The notes under the pieces are model-generated. The model worked only from the letters and a program-made list of their open reading frames with translations, ran no database searches and was not told where the DNA came from. Of a stretch of 64,000 nt of DNA, positions 21,506 to 30,913 are shown one piece after another. The DNA is from Nitrosopumilaceae archaeon (lineage in GTDB: Archaea > Thermoproteota > Nitrososphaeria > Nitrososphaerales > Nitrosopumilaceae). The stretch is from positions 1,952,001-2,016,000 of the forward strand of contig OZ242274.1 in assembly GCA_965207375.1 (NCBI GenBank). Reading direction: 5' to 3'. The translations under genes were made by a program, and so were the position numbers. Position 1 is the first letter of the stretch. The number at the start of each line of letters is the position of its first letter.

Positions 21506-21979
21506 CTAAAATTTACACTCAGTTTTTAGCGATTTTATCGTAGTCCAGTAGGTAAAACAAAGAATTCCGATTGCAGTTATTCTAATCGGCATTTCATAAT
21601 TGGTCAAAAAGGCAGAGGTGGTAGCACCTACGGCTCCAAATGTGGAGATCACTGCAAATCCGATTGGTCCACAACTGCATGCACCTGCGGCTGCACCAAT
21701 AATAGAGCCGAAAATACCTCCGCCTATTTTTCTAGACGAGCTATGAAGCATTTTGATTCTGTACAAGTTTAGAGACATTACCAATCCAGACAAGGCAGAC
21801 AGAATTACAATCAAGGAGAATCCAAACTCTGTATTTGTTGGCAGATGTGCTACCACATAAGGCTCCAAGAAGACATACTCTGAAATAATCAAAAGAGGAA
21901 TCAAAAGTCCAACAAAAATCACTGTTGCTAAAATTACAAACAGTGGATTTGAAAATACTAGTTTTAAAACAGATTCCAT
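21506..21979 (-). CDS. membrane protein with CSC motif
   Basis: multiple TM helices, GACSCGP; abuts DsbA gene. Confidence 0.75.
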   Translation of the reverse strand: MESVLKLVFSNPLFVILATVIFVGLLIPLLIISEYVFLEPYVVAHLPTNTEFGFSLIVILSALSGLVMSLNLYRIKMLHSSSRKIGGGIFGSIIGAAAGACSCGPIGFAVISTFGAVGATTSAFLTNYEMPIRITAIGILCFTYWTTIKSLKTECKF

Positions 21980-22642
21980 TTAGATCATCGAATCTAATAC
22001 CTGTTGAAATACAGAATACGGTTGTGCTCCAATTATTTTTTGTTGACTCTCAGATCCTACTATGACAAACGTAGGCGTTGCATTTGCACCTTCCTTTGTG
22101 GCCTCTACCATATTGAATTGTACACGTTTTGAGTATTTTCCAGAATCAAGGCAGCTGTTAAACAGTTCCATATCTAGTCCAAGAGAAAACGCAAAAGCTT
22201 TGAGTCGTTCAGTATTTGCCCAACCACCATCAATTTGTGATTCTTGATTGTTGTAAAGGATCTCATGGTATTGCCAATACATTCCTTGATCTTCTGCACA
22301 ATACGTTGCCTGTGCAGCTTTTGGAGAATCTCGTCCTAAAAATGCAAGGTCGACAAAAATGAGATTTGCTTTTCCAGATTCAATGTAATTGTCTTTGATT
22401 AGGGGTTTGGTATTATGAAACCAATTATAACATTGATGACATTGATAATCACCAAATTCAACTATTGTAACAGGGGCATCAAGGTTGCCCAAGATTGGCG
22501 AGCCCATAGCAGTGGATATAGTTCCGTGTTGTCTTTGCATGTCAAGATTGATACTTTCAGGGTCAGACATCAAGGCAGAGACAGCTATTCCTGTCACGAT
22601 TGCAATGACAATACTGCCTACAATTACTCCTTTCTTGCTCAT
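21980..22642 (-). CDS. DsbA-family thioredoxin-fold protein
   Basis: EFGDYQCHQC, ATPTF, GAQPY; N-terminal anchor. Confidence 0.9.
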   Translation of the reverse strand: MSKKGVIVGSIVIAIVTGIAVSALMSDPESINLDMQRQHGTISTAMGSPILGNLDAPVTIVEFGDYQCHQCYNWFHNTKPLIKDNYIESGKANLIFVDLAFLGRDSPKAAQATYCAEDQGMYWQYHEILYNNQESQIDGGWANTERLKAFAFSLGLDMELFNSCLDSGKYSKRVQFNMVEATKEGANATPTFVIVGSESQQKIIGAQPYSVFQQVLDSMI

Positions 22643-22685
22643 GTATGGTAGATTTCAAATGGCTTTAAAAAATTTATTCCAAATA

Positions 22686-22786
22686 CAGCTAAGCGAAATG
22701 CGGGTAAAATAGGCCAAAATCTACTCCAAAATGCAAACAGAACAATAGGGACTGGGTAAGAGTTTGGATCACATTTTGCTTAACTG
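22686..22786 (+). mobile_element. MITE family A, copy 1 (101 bp)
   Basis: CAGCTAAGCGAAATG...CACATTTTGCTTAACTG terminal inverted repeats. Confidence 0.8.
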
Positions 22787-22998
22787 ACTAGTTCATTTAG
22801 AATAGATAATCTACAAGTCTGTTTTGCTGATGTGCCTGTTCCATCATTTGAAAGATAATGGAACATTACATCATGTATGTTTTAGATATGGAGACAGAAA
22901 TTAGATCAGCAGGTACAAATTTCTTGGTAAGCAAATGGTGGTATGTAACTAGGTTAAAGCTTCAAAAAGCCAAACAATTACAAATATTAGGTAAAATG

Positions 22999-23072
22999 TG
23001 GACCCGACGGGATTTGAACCCGTGACCTATTGATTTTCAAACAATCGCTCTACCAAGCTGAACCACAGGCCC
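22999..23072 (-). tRNA. tRNA with GAA anticodon but Ala-type acceptor stem (G3:U70, A73)
   Basis: folds GGGCCTG/CGGGTCC-A; D arm GTTC/GAGC; anticodon arm ATTGT-TTGAAAA-TCAAT; T arm ACGGG-TTCAAAT-CCCGT; upstream TATAAA. Confidence 0.8.
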
Positions 23073-23152
23073 ACAAAGATTTTATACTTTATACACGTAA
23101 TAATGTTGATTTTCAAACAATAAAGGCTGAATGCTGAACTAGCCTGTTTTTT

Positions 23153-23434
23153 TTAATTTCCGTCTATGATTCTAAGCTCATTCCATTTTAGATCAATAGC
23201 AGCATTACCTCTATAATCCCATAAATCCTCACCGTTGATAATTAGGGTAATTTCACCTGTCTCTCCTGGCTTTAATTTCTCAAAGTTTATTGTGTGATTC
23301 ATAGGTAGGTCATAGATTAATTCTAAATCCTGTATTATATTTCTGTCATCCTCGTTCCTTGCCTCAATGATAACCTCTAATGTCTCCTTGTCATGAATGT
23401 CTAGCCTAAGTTCATCTAACGGTTTACCACCTAG
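23153..23434 (-). pseudogene. start-less 93-codon frame, foreign gene remnant
   Basis: LGGKPLDELRLDIHDKETLEVIIEARNED...LKPGETGEITLIINGEDLWDY...; preceded by in-frame TAA. Confidence 0.45.
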
Positions 23435-23680
23435 TTAGGGGGTCAAGACCTTTGATTTGGCATAGTTTTACTTTCATCTGATTATTCTATGTGTCTGGAT
23501 TGATTTTAGTGCCTTATTCGTTTTGTCTTCTGTACTGCCTGCACTGGTTTATTTTGGCTTTGCAAAGATGGTCTTGTGTTGTTTTACCTTTGTGCGTTTT
23601 TGTATGACATTGCATCTACCTTGACATAATCAGTAGGTAGAAATTCACCCACTATCGTGCATTTGCATCGTACGGCATTT

Positions 23681-23781
23681 CATCTAAACGAAATGTGGGT
23701 AAAATAGGCCAAAATATATTCTAAAATGCAAAGAGAATAATAGTGGAGGGATAAGAATTTGGGCCACATTTTGCTTAGCTG
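23681..23781 (+). mobile_element. MITE family A, copy 2 (101 bp)
   Basis: CATCTAAACGAAATGTGG...CCACATTTTGCTTAGCTG. Confidence 0.8.
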
Positions 23782-23989
23782 AAATATGGGCAAGTCAAAC
23801 ACTCCAAATTTTAGATCATAGGAAGGTTTGGATAGATACAAAAAGTAACTATACCTTATAACTCTAACAGTGTGCTAGCACGTAAAAGATGTCATGGTCG
23901 TTTTGTCTTGTATTGCTTGAATTTTGATTGACATAAAGATTCAAGATTTAGATGTCAAGACTTGGCAATCTGGTGTAAAAAAACCAAGG

Positions 23990-24169
23990 TTATTTTCTAC
24001 GAAACAGCCTAGTTAATTTTTCGACTGCGGCATCTAACGGACAGGATTCGCATGAGGTTCCCATATGTTGATCTAGATGTTTTTCATATTTTTTCTTTGA
24101 ATCAAAGACGGCATTGCATTTTTCACAGTATACTTTTGAGATGTCTTGGCCATCAGATGAATCTGCCAT
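23990..24169 (-). CDS. small C2H2 zinc-finger protein
   Basis: CEKC...HLDQH plus CESC; start MADSS preferred. Confidence 0.7.
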   Translation of the reverse strand: MADSSDGQDISKVYCEKCNAVFDSKKKYEKHLDQHMGTSCESCPLDAAVEKLTRLFRRK

Positions 24170-24331
24170 GACATATAATTGCAGATTGTGCTTATAAAGA
24201 AACCTTTCCAAAATTCGAATATGTCCTGCATAAAACAGCAGATAAACAGATCTTGGAGGTTTTACAAAATAATGAAAACATACAGTGTGATTTGACAAAT
24301 TTCTTGCAAGGTAGAGGTCACAGTTAGGACA

Positions 24332-24700
24332 TTATATGTAGTGTATTTTTACGTGGTTTTGGTATTCAATCTCATACTGGGTAACATATCCGCAATGGGT
24401 GCAGGTGAACATTTCCTCTACATTTTTGGTTTCTCGTTCTATTTGTTTGCCGGTAATAGATTTTACAACTATGATGTTGCCTTGTGTGATTACAGCAAAG
24501 TTTCGAATTTCACCGATGGATTCTAAATATTCTTTGATGGCAGTTACGACCTCGGCAGGAGAGATAATCTCAGATTCTTCAATTGGTGCTAGAACAAATT
24601 CATGTAGTTTCAATGCAGGTAGAGCCCCCACATTATCTGCCACATATACTAGTAATTCGTGTTTGATGGATTCTATATCCCTACAGTCCACAGTAATCAT
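24332..24700 (-). CDS. protein with C-terminal C2H2 zinc finger
   Basis: CTHCG...HVKIH. Confidence 0.8.
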   Translation of the reverse strand: MITVDCRDIESIKHELLVYVADNVGALPALKLHEFVLAPIEESEIISPAEVVTAIKEYLESIGEIRNFAVITQGNIIVVKSITGKQIERETKNVEEMFTCTHCGYVTQYEIEYQNHVKIHYI

Positions 24701-24958
24701 AAAAAGAATTTATTAAAATCGATATTTTAGTCAAGCTATATAGGCAGTTAACCAACTAGTAGATCATCAGTACAATATTAGTCAAAAAAATGCAAATCAG
24801 AACGGATCAACAAGGTCTAGATTGTAGATAGCACAATCCTACCTAAAATTCTTCAAAATAGTGCAAAATGACCCAGATTAGACTAATTCATCAGAATTGT
24901 TTACATAACGTAAATTCTATTCCTTTTTGAAATTACTATACATGTAAAGTACAATACA

Positions 24959-25390
24959 GTGCCTCAACATACTTTAGTTACTCTATCAACACTCAAAATT
25001 GAGTTGAGGGATTCAGAAACCTTTGGAGTAGAAAAAGGTCACGGAGACAAAGTAATCAATTGGCTAAATGATACTGCTAAAAAAGAAGAGTTGAAGTTTG
25101 AGGCAAGAAAATACGGATACAATATAAACACAGAGAACTTTGGGGCATTTGAGATGTTTTCATGGATAGGTGACGTACATCATGCAAGAAAGCTCATTTT
25201 AAAGGCAGGTAAAAGATTCAAAATTAAAACCATAGAAGGCGGATACAAAACTAAAGAACGCACCTTTGCTATGAATAAAACAGATTACGCAATGGTAAGA
25301 CGCGGCAGTAAAATAATCGGACATTTACAATTTGAGGCACCCAGATTCGGTAACGGACAATGGCTAGTCAAACAGGAAGAAAGAAGGTAG
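24959..25390 (+). CDS. hypothetical protein
   Basis: 143-aa ORF, operonic with next gene. Confidence 0.7.
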   Translation: MPQHTLVTLSTLKIELRDSETFGVEKGHGDKVINWLNDTAKKEELKFEARKYGYNINTENFGAFEMFSWIGDVHHARKLILKAGKRFKIKTIEGGYKTKERTFAMNKTDYAMVRRGSKIIGHLQFEAPRFGNGQWLVKQEERR

Positions 25391-25396
25391 GGACTC

Positions 25397-26272
25397 TTGG
25401 TAAAAATCGGCATAATTGGGATAGGTATGCTTGGAAATGCAGTGGCACAGCATTTGATTGAATCAGGACATCAGGTTTGCGTATACAACAGAACAAAGAG
25501 TAAAACACTACAGTTAGAGTCACAAGGTGCAAAAGTATGCAATACACCAAAAGAGATAGTAGAAAATTCAGAATTAGTAATCACCATAGTCAAAGATGCA
25601 GATGCAGTAAAACATGTTGCATTTGAATCAGACGGTATCATAAAAGGATCCCATCATGGATTGGTAGTAGCAGATATGAGTACAATTAATCCCATTCAGT
25701 CAAGGCAGATATCGCAAAAATTCAAGGATTCTGGAATTGTAATGCTTGATACACCGGTTATGGGCGGTCCCAATGTAGCAATATCAGGCGATTTGATAAT
25801 GATGGCATCTGGAGACGAGTCTGCCTTTAACAGGTTCAAGCAGGTCTTTGAAACAATTGCAAGCAAGGTGTTTTATTTGGGAAAAAATGGAACGGCCCAT
25901 TCAGTCAAGCTTGCAATGAATTTGCAAATTGCAATGTTGGCACTTGCATTATCAGAAGGAATTACTCTTGCAAGAGGAGCAAATATTGATCCCAAGATAT
26001 TTTTAAAAATTCTAAACTATACATATTTTAAAACAGGGATGAGTCAAAACAAGGCGTTTAAGATGATAAAGGATCAATTCAGTCCTACATTTACACTAGA
26101 AAACTTGAAAAAAGATTTGCATACGATTAATCAAACCTCAGAATCGTTTGGGATATCCCTGCCAATGGCCAAAGAAGCAGAAAAAATTTACAGTCAGGCA
26201 ATTAAAAATGGATTTGGAAATCTAGATTATACAGGAATTTTGGCACATATCAAACAGATTTCAAAATCATGA
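25397..26272 (+). CDS. NAD(P)-dependent beta-hydroxyacid dehydrogenase (3-hydroxyisobutyrate DH family)
   Basis: GIIGIGMLG, YNRT, DMSTINP, DTPVMGG, KLAMN. Confidence 0.9.
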   Translation: MVKIGIIGIGMLGNAVAQHLIESGHQVCVYNRTKSKTLQLESQGAKVCNTPKEIVENSELVITIVKDADAVKHVAFESDGIIKGSHHGLVVADMSTINPIQSRQISQKFKDSGIVMLDTPVMGGPNVAISGDLIMMASGDESAFNRFKQVFETIASKVFYLGKNGTAHSVKLAMNLQIAMLALALSEGITLARGANIDPKIFLKILNYTYFKTGMSQNKAFKMIKDQFSPTFTLENLKKDLHTINQTSESFGISLPMAKEAEKIYSQAIKNGFGNLDYTGILAHIKQISKS

Positions 26273-26465
26273 CGCATGCTTTTGGCGTTTTAGGTACAAA
26301 CGATATGTCACAGACGTAACTAGTATCAGTATTCCTGCAACGGCTGACCATACTGCAAACGGGGCAACATCGGCATATGTCATGTCGTATGGTGTATTTG
26401 GATAATACTAAAGTTTTGATTTTTTACAAATAAACATCTAAATAGATTTGATTGAAAGCAAAATT

Positions 26466-26672
26466 ATGCCAGAAATCATTTGTGAGGAGTGTGGAAAAAG
26501 ATTGTATCATGAAAATGAGACTACTTTGACAATTGAGAATACAATTCACAAGAAATTCTGTAGGAAAAAACCCGGCGATACACAAAGTTACATGCACAGG
26601 GATGCAGCACATCAGGATACGTTTGATTCTGAAAGGCAGGCAGACGCAGATGGAACACCTGTACTAAAGTAA
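26466..26672 (+). CDS. small putative zinc-binding protein
   Basis: MPEIICEECGK...HKKFC. Confidence 0.6.
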   Translation: MPEIICEECGKRLYHENETTLTIENTIHKKFCRKKPGDTQSYMHRDAAHQDTFDSERQADADGTPVLK

Positions 26673-26736
26673 ATTCTGCATCAAGACTCTTACAATATAT
26701 GTTGGTAAAATTCATAGTATTGCATTTTGGTGCTAC

Positions 26737-27091
26737 TCACTTACCTGTCGTTTTCTTGTTTTTATTCCCAATTTTCTTCTTTTCTGGCATCTTGCGTGAT
26801 GATACAATGTGTGTATTATCATAAAATTGGAGTCTCTTAGTAAGATCAGATGTAATAATTTTCAAATTGTGTATGTCGTTTTCAAATTCTTTTATTGTAT
26901 GATTTAGCTCTTTTTCTCTATTATCTTTTATCTCTATTATTTGGTTGAGTTTTAGATTCTTAGTTAGTTTGTCTTTGTAGAGTTTTTTGTAATCTGTCAA
27001 TGTATGGTTTGGCTATTTGACCTCATTTAGATCCTGTTGCCAAAAATTTGATCGTAAATAATCAAAATCTGGGCATGGCGTTAACGGTTAT
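26737..27091 (-). pseudogene. IS66-family transposase 5' remnant with terminal repeat
   Basis: coiled-coil N-terminus ending YDNTH..SS..KKTTGK like the 43354 transposase; DNA paralogous to 45142-45540; end ATAACCGTTAACGCCATG. Confidence 0.7.
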
Positions 27092-27127
27092 ATCACATTA
27101 CGTTCACATAAAATTTTCAATAATAAT

Positions 27128-27390
27128 CTAATCTTTACCATAGATAGACTTGTGATCACAAATTCTGAGAAATTCTATCATATTGGAATTCCAATTAACA
27201 TTGTAGATTATTCTATGTTTTCTTCCAAGTTCATACACAAATATTCTCATATGTTGCTTGTATTTGTCAAGTCTAGCAGGATTTTCTGATGTTAGTATCT
27301 CAAGTATTGCATTCTCTGCAGTTTTTTGAATTGTCAAATCTAGATTTGCAAATTGTTTGATAAACTTGGGACGTCTATCTGGAATCCAAA
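27128..27390 (-). CDS. RelE/ParE-family toxin (start codon unclear)
   Basis: WIPDRRPKFIKQFANLD...HRIIYNV...IEFLRICDHKSIY. Confidence 0.7.
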
Positions 27391-27393
27391 CAC

Positions 27394-27522
27394 TTACGCT
27401 GATCGTAACTCTTCAAGAAATTCTTCAATAGAAGATGTCTTTCTGTCATTTGACTTGTAAAATTCCTCAATGTCCATTATTTCATCATAGGTCAAATCGT
27501 CGGTATGCTCTGTTTTTGACAT
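27394..27522 (-). CDS. putative acidic antitoxin (42 aa)
   Basis: MSKTEHTDDLTYDEIMDIEEFY...SIEEFLEELRSA directly upstream of the toxin. Confidence 0.65.
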   Translation of the reverse strand: MSKTEHTDDLTYDEIMDIEEFYKSNDRKTSSIEEFLEELRSA

Positions 27523-27694
27523 GTCTTAAATGTAACAACTCGTGTTGAAAAGAGTATTACTGATTTAGTTAGTGTTGTAACCCTGCCTAAATTCTATTTC
27601 AAACATACAAAATTACGCATGAAATCAGAGTTAGGACACTGACTAAATTTACCTTTACGTATAATTATATCTCAGAAGATTTCAATCAAGATAA

Positions 27695-28915
27695 TTGGAG
27701 AGACGCGAATTTGATCTAGTTGTAGTAGGAGGAGGCCCTGCGGGATCATCTGCTGCATACGCTGCATCAAAAAGAGGCATAAATACGGCACTGTTGGAAA
27801 AAGAAGAGTCTATTGCACACTCTGTGAGAACAAGCGGTGTCACATGGATTGAGGACATTGAAAACTTTGGAATTCCAGAGGATTGCTACAATCCCGTGAA
27901 AAATTTCGTATTTTATTCTCCCAATAATAAAGTAAGCATAAAAGATGACATTGCACGCTCTGCAGTGCTAGACGTAAGAAAAACATACCGGTGGTTGGCA
28001 GAGGAGGCAAAAAGACAAGGTGCTGAGATTTTTGTAAATACAAATGTAAAAGATGCAATAAAAAATGATTCAGGAGAAATAACTGGAGTTAAGGCAGTTG
28101 CAAAAGGAAAAAAGACGGAATTTTACGGTAAGATCATAATAGATGCAAGCGGATTTCAATCAACAATTGCAAAGTCTATGGGAAAGGTACAACAATGGAG
28201 GCGATTTGGGGCAGGTGCAGAATACGAGGCCAGGGTAGAACATGTCCAAGCAGACACATGGTGTCTCATGGTTGGACAAAAATACTCACCTGCAGGATAC
28301 GCATGGATATTTCCACTAGGAGACCACACCGCACGTATAGGTGTAGGTATAGGAAAGCCAGAATCTCCCGTAGACCCTGTACAACAATTAGACGAATTGA
28401 TCAAAAACAAAAAAGGTCCAATCAAGGATTTGGGAAGAATCGAGCCCATAGAGTTTCACTACGGATTAATACCAAATGACGGACCCATACGAAAAACAGT
28501 TTATGACAATTTGATTCTAGTTGGAGATTCAGCAGGCCAGGCAAACCCACTGGTACTAGAAGGAATTAGATACGCCATAAGGTTTGGACGCATGGCAGGG
28601 GAGGTTTGTGCAAAGGCAATAAAGGCAAATGACACCTCTGAGAAAACCCTATCAGAGTATGAACGAAACTGGAAAAAGGCCATAGAGTCAAAGATAAAAT
28701 CTGCAGCAAAGGTGCAAGACAGGTGGATTGGCCTCACAGATCAAGAGTGGGACAGGGAGCTGGACATCATCTGTGAGTTAAAACCTGAGGAATTTTTAGA
28801 TTTTATCAAGGCAGATTTTGGATTATCAAGCATGGCAAGGCTTGCAACAAACCATCCAAAATTACTAGTCAGGCAATTATTTGCAATTGTCAAAAACATG
28901 GGAAAAAAATCATAA
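27695..28915 (+). CDS. geranylgeranyl reductase family (digeranylgeranylglycerophospholipid reductase-like)
   Basis: VVGGGPAGS, GYAWIFP, VGDSAGQANPL..EGI. Confidence 0.88.
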   Translation: MERREFDLVVVGGGPAGSSAAYAASKRGINTALLEKEESIAHSVRTSGVTWIEDIENFGIPEDCYNPVKNFVFYSPNNKVSIKDDIARSAVLDVRKTYRWLAEEAKRQGAEIFVNTNVKDAIKNDSGEITGVKAVAKGKKTEFYGKIIIDASGFQSTIAKSMGKVQQWRRFGAGAEYEARVEHVQADTWCLMVGQKYSPAGYAWIFPLGDHTARIGVGIGKPESPVDPVQQLDELIKNKKGPIKDLGRIEPIEFHYGLIPNDGPIRKTVYDNLILVGDSAGQANPLVLEGIRYAIRFGRMAGEVCAKAIKANDTSEKTLSEYERNWKKAIESKIKSAAKVQDRWIGLTDQEWDRELDIICELKPEEFLDFIKADFGLSSMARLATNHPKLLVRQLFAIVKNMGKKS

Positions 28916-28938
28916 ACAGCTATTTTACAGGTACAGTA

Positions 28939-29163
28939 ATGATGAGTGAACCTCCAAAACCCGTATCAGGAGATGAAATATGCCCTGTTTGCAACAAGCC
29001 AAAAAGCCAGCACAGACCAGAGCAGATGCTGAATTGCTCAAAAAAACTCTTAGAGTAGGAAAATAAAAGATACTGTAGTGTGTGCGGATTGACACAGCCA
29101 GAAGAAGGAATTCACGACAGGTGTGGAAAATGTGGGGAAAAATATTCTTTTGTTAATGAGTGA
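28939..29163 (+). pseudogene. small zinc-ribbon gene with in-frame TAG at 29056-29058
   Basis: CPVC..H..C-stop-ENKRYCSVCG...RCGKCGEKY continues in the same frame. Confidence 0.65.
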
Positions 29164-29341
29164 AGGTATCTTTTTGAGGGTAAGTGCAATACCTCTCCAA
29201 GAAGGCATAGTCTGCAAAAAAATGCCGTACACATGTCTTAATCTCCCAGCCATGACAACTTAAGTCACTCAAGATTGACCCCGAGGTAATAGTTATTGAT
29301 CTTTTTATCTTAACTATTTTTTTTGACATACATGTTTAGTC

Positions 29342-29695
29342 ATGGTAGACCCGCTAGTACAACGACTCGAAAAAATACGCTCATTTTCTGAATCTGCCAA
29401 GAGACGTGCCAGTTTATACTCAGATATTACAAGAATAGAGGATAAAAACACGGCTAGATCTTTAGGCAGTGTACAAAGGGCATCTGCACCCGGAAAAAAA
29501 CTGCAAAAAATTGGATTTATCATGTTATGGGTGCCAGAGCCTACCATGGTAACTGCTGCCATCGGTGGACCCATGATTTTGGCAGGCAAATACATTGAAA
29601 AAAAATACAACGGCTCGACTATTGCAGATATAGGACAGGAAACAAAAAATACCATGACATCAATTAATGATTTTAAGAGCTCAATTCACTCTTAG
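29342..29695 (+). CDS. hypothetical protein
   Basis: 117-aa ORF with hydrophobic PEP..IGG segment. Confidence 0.65.
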   Translation: MVDPLVQRLEKIRSFSESAKRRASLYSDITRIEDKNTARSLGSVQRASAPGKKLQKIGFIMLWVPEPTMVTAAIGGPMILAGKYIEKKYNGSTIADIGQETKNTMTSINDFKSSIHS

Positions 29696-29724
29696 TTTTT
29701 ATTTTGCGACTGTGACATTATAGT

Positions 29725-30216
29725 ATGCCAACTAGAGTTCAGGTAATTGCCCCAATTGCAGTTGCTGCCTTTATCGTTGGTGTCGTCGGCTTGCTGTCAA
29801 TTCCAAGTGATGCAAAACTCGAATCCGTAGAATTTCCGCGCGGTACAATCAAAGTAGATGATCACGTTTTAGAGGTTCAAATTGCAGATAATGAGCCACG
29901 TAGATTGCGTGGATTAATGTTCCAGGAACAGCTGCCTTTAGATCAAGGCATGTTATTTGTATTTGATAAACCAGGCGTCTATTCTCTGTGGATGATTAAC
30001 ATGCAGTTTTCTCTAGATATGATTTGGTTTGACGAGTCAGGAAACGTAGTTCATATTGAAACTGATGTTCAACCGTGCCAAAGTGCAGTTGAGACTATGA
30101 CGTGTCCTAGTCAAATTCCTACTGCATTTGCAAGCTATGTGCTAGAGGTAACATCAGGATTTGTAGAACAGTTCAACATAGATGAAAATACAAAATTAGA
30201 AATCATCTCGATATGA
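29725..30216 (+). CDS. DUF192-family protein
   Basis: RGLMFQ..GMLFVF..WM..M.F.LD..YVLEV. Confidence 0.88.
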   Translation: MPTRVQVIAPIAVAAFIVGVVGLLSIPSDAKLESVEFPRGTIKVDDHVLEVQIADNEPRRLRGLMFQEQLPLDQGMLFVFDKPGVYSLWMINMQFSLDMIWFDESGNVVHIETDVQPCQSAVETMTCPSQIPTAFASYVLEVTSGFVEQFNIDENTKLEIISI

Positions 30217-30244
30217 TTTTGCAAAACCTTATCAATCCAAAGTT

Positions 30245-30883
30245 TTGTCTCGTATTGTGAATAGATACGGTATAATTTTTGCATCAGTTGGCGTTACAAT
30301 TGCTGCAATAGTTGCAGTGTATATTATTTCATATATGAATTCTGATTTTGACGCACAGGCACTAGATTTTGACTATACTATTAATTCTAAAATTGCCGAA
30401 AAACTAGAGGATAAAGGCATTTCAATGTCATTGGCTGTCAAAATATCTACCCCGTCTGGAATCAAAAAGTATTGTATGTTTTTTGAGGATGCAGTAAAAC
30501 AGGGCCAGATACAATACTGCACATCTACTGAGCTGTTGGATCAGGGAGACAATTTTGTCGGCAATATCCACATGATTGGAACAGTCCAATCCCCAAAGCT
30601 TGTAATTGTCGTCTTGGAAATCCCATTTGGAGAAACTGACAATGTAATTCCAATTTTTGATACCGTAATTGATGTCACCGTATGTGACTGTTGGGAACAG
30701 GAATCTCCCGGAGGCTTTGCAGATGTTTCTGATTGGATTAACGCATTAAACGAGTTTCATAGGCATGCAAATGTGGGAATTACCACCAAATCAAGCGTGA
30801 TTGCTTTGGAGGATGAGAAAATTCAGAGTGAATTAACCACAACGCATACCGGTAAACTTTGGAAATTGTTTGTGGCCAAATAA
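30245..30883 (+). CDS. membrane-anchored hypothetical protein
   Basis: N-terminal TM helix, several Cys. Confidence 0.7.
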   Translation: MSRIVNRYGIIFASVGVTIAAIVAVYIISYMNSDFDAQALDFDYTINSKIAEKLEDKGISMSLAVKISTPSGIKKYCMFFEDAVKQGQIQYCTSTELLDQGDNFVGNIHMIGTVQSPKLVIVVLEIPFGETDNVIPIFDTVIDVTVCDCWEQESPGGFADVSDWINALNEFHRHANVGITTKSSVIALEDEKIQSELTTTHTGKLWKLFVAK

Positions 30884-30913
30884 TTTAGATATCTAAAATA
30901 GATTGTAATTGGT

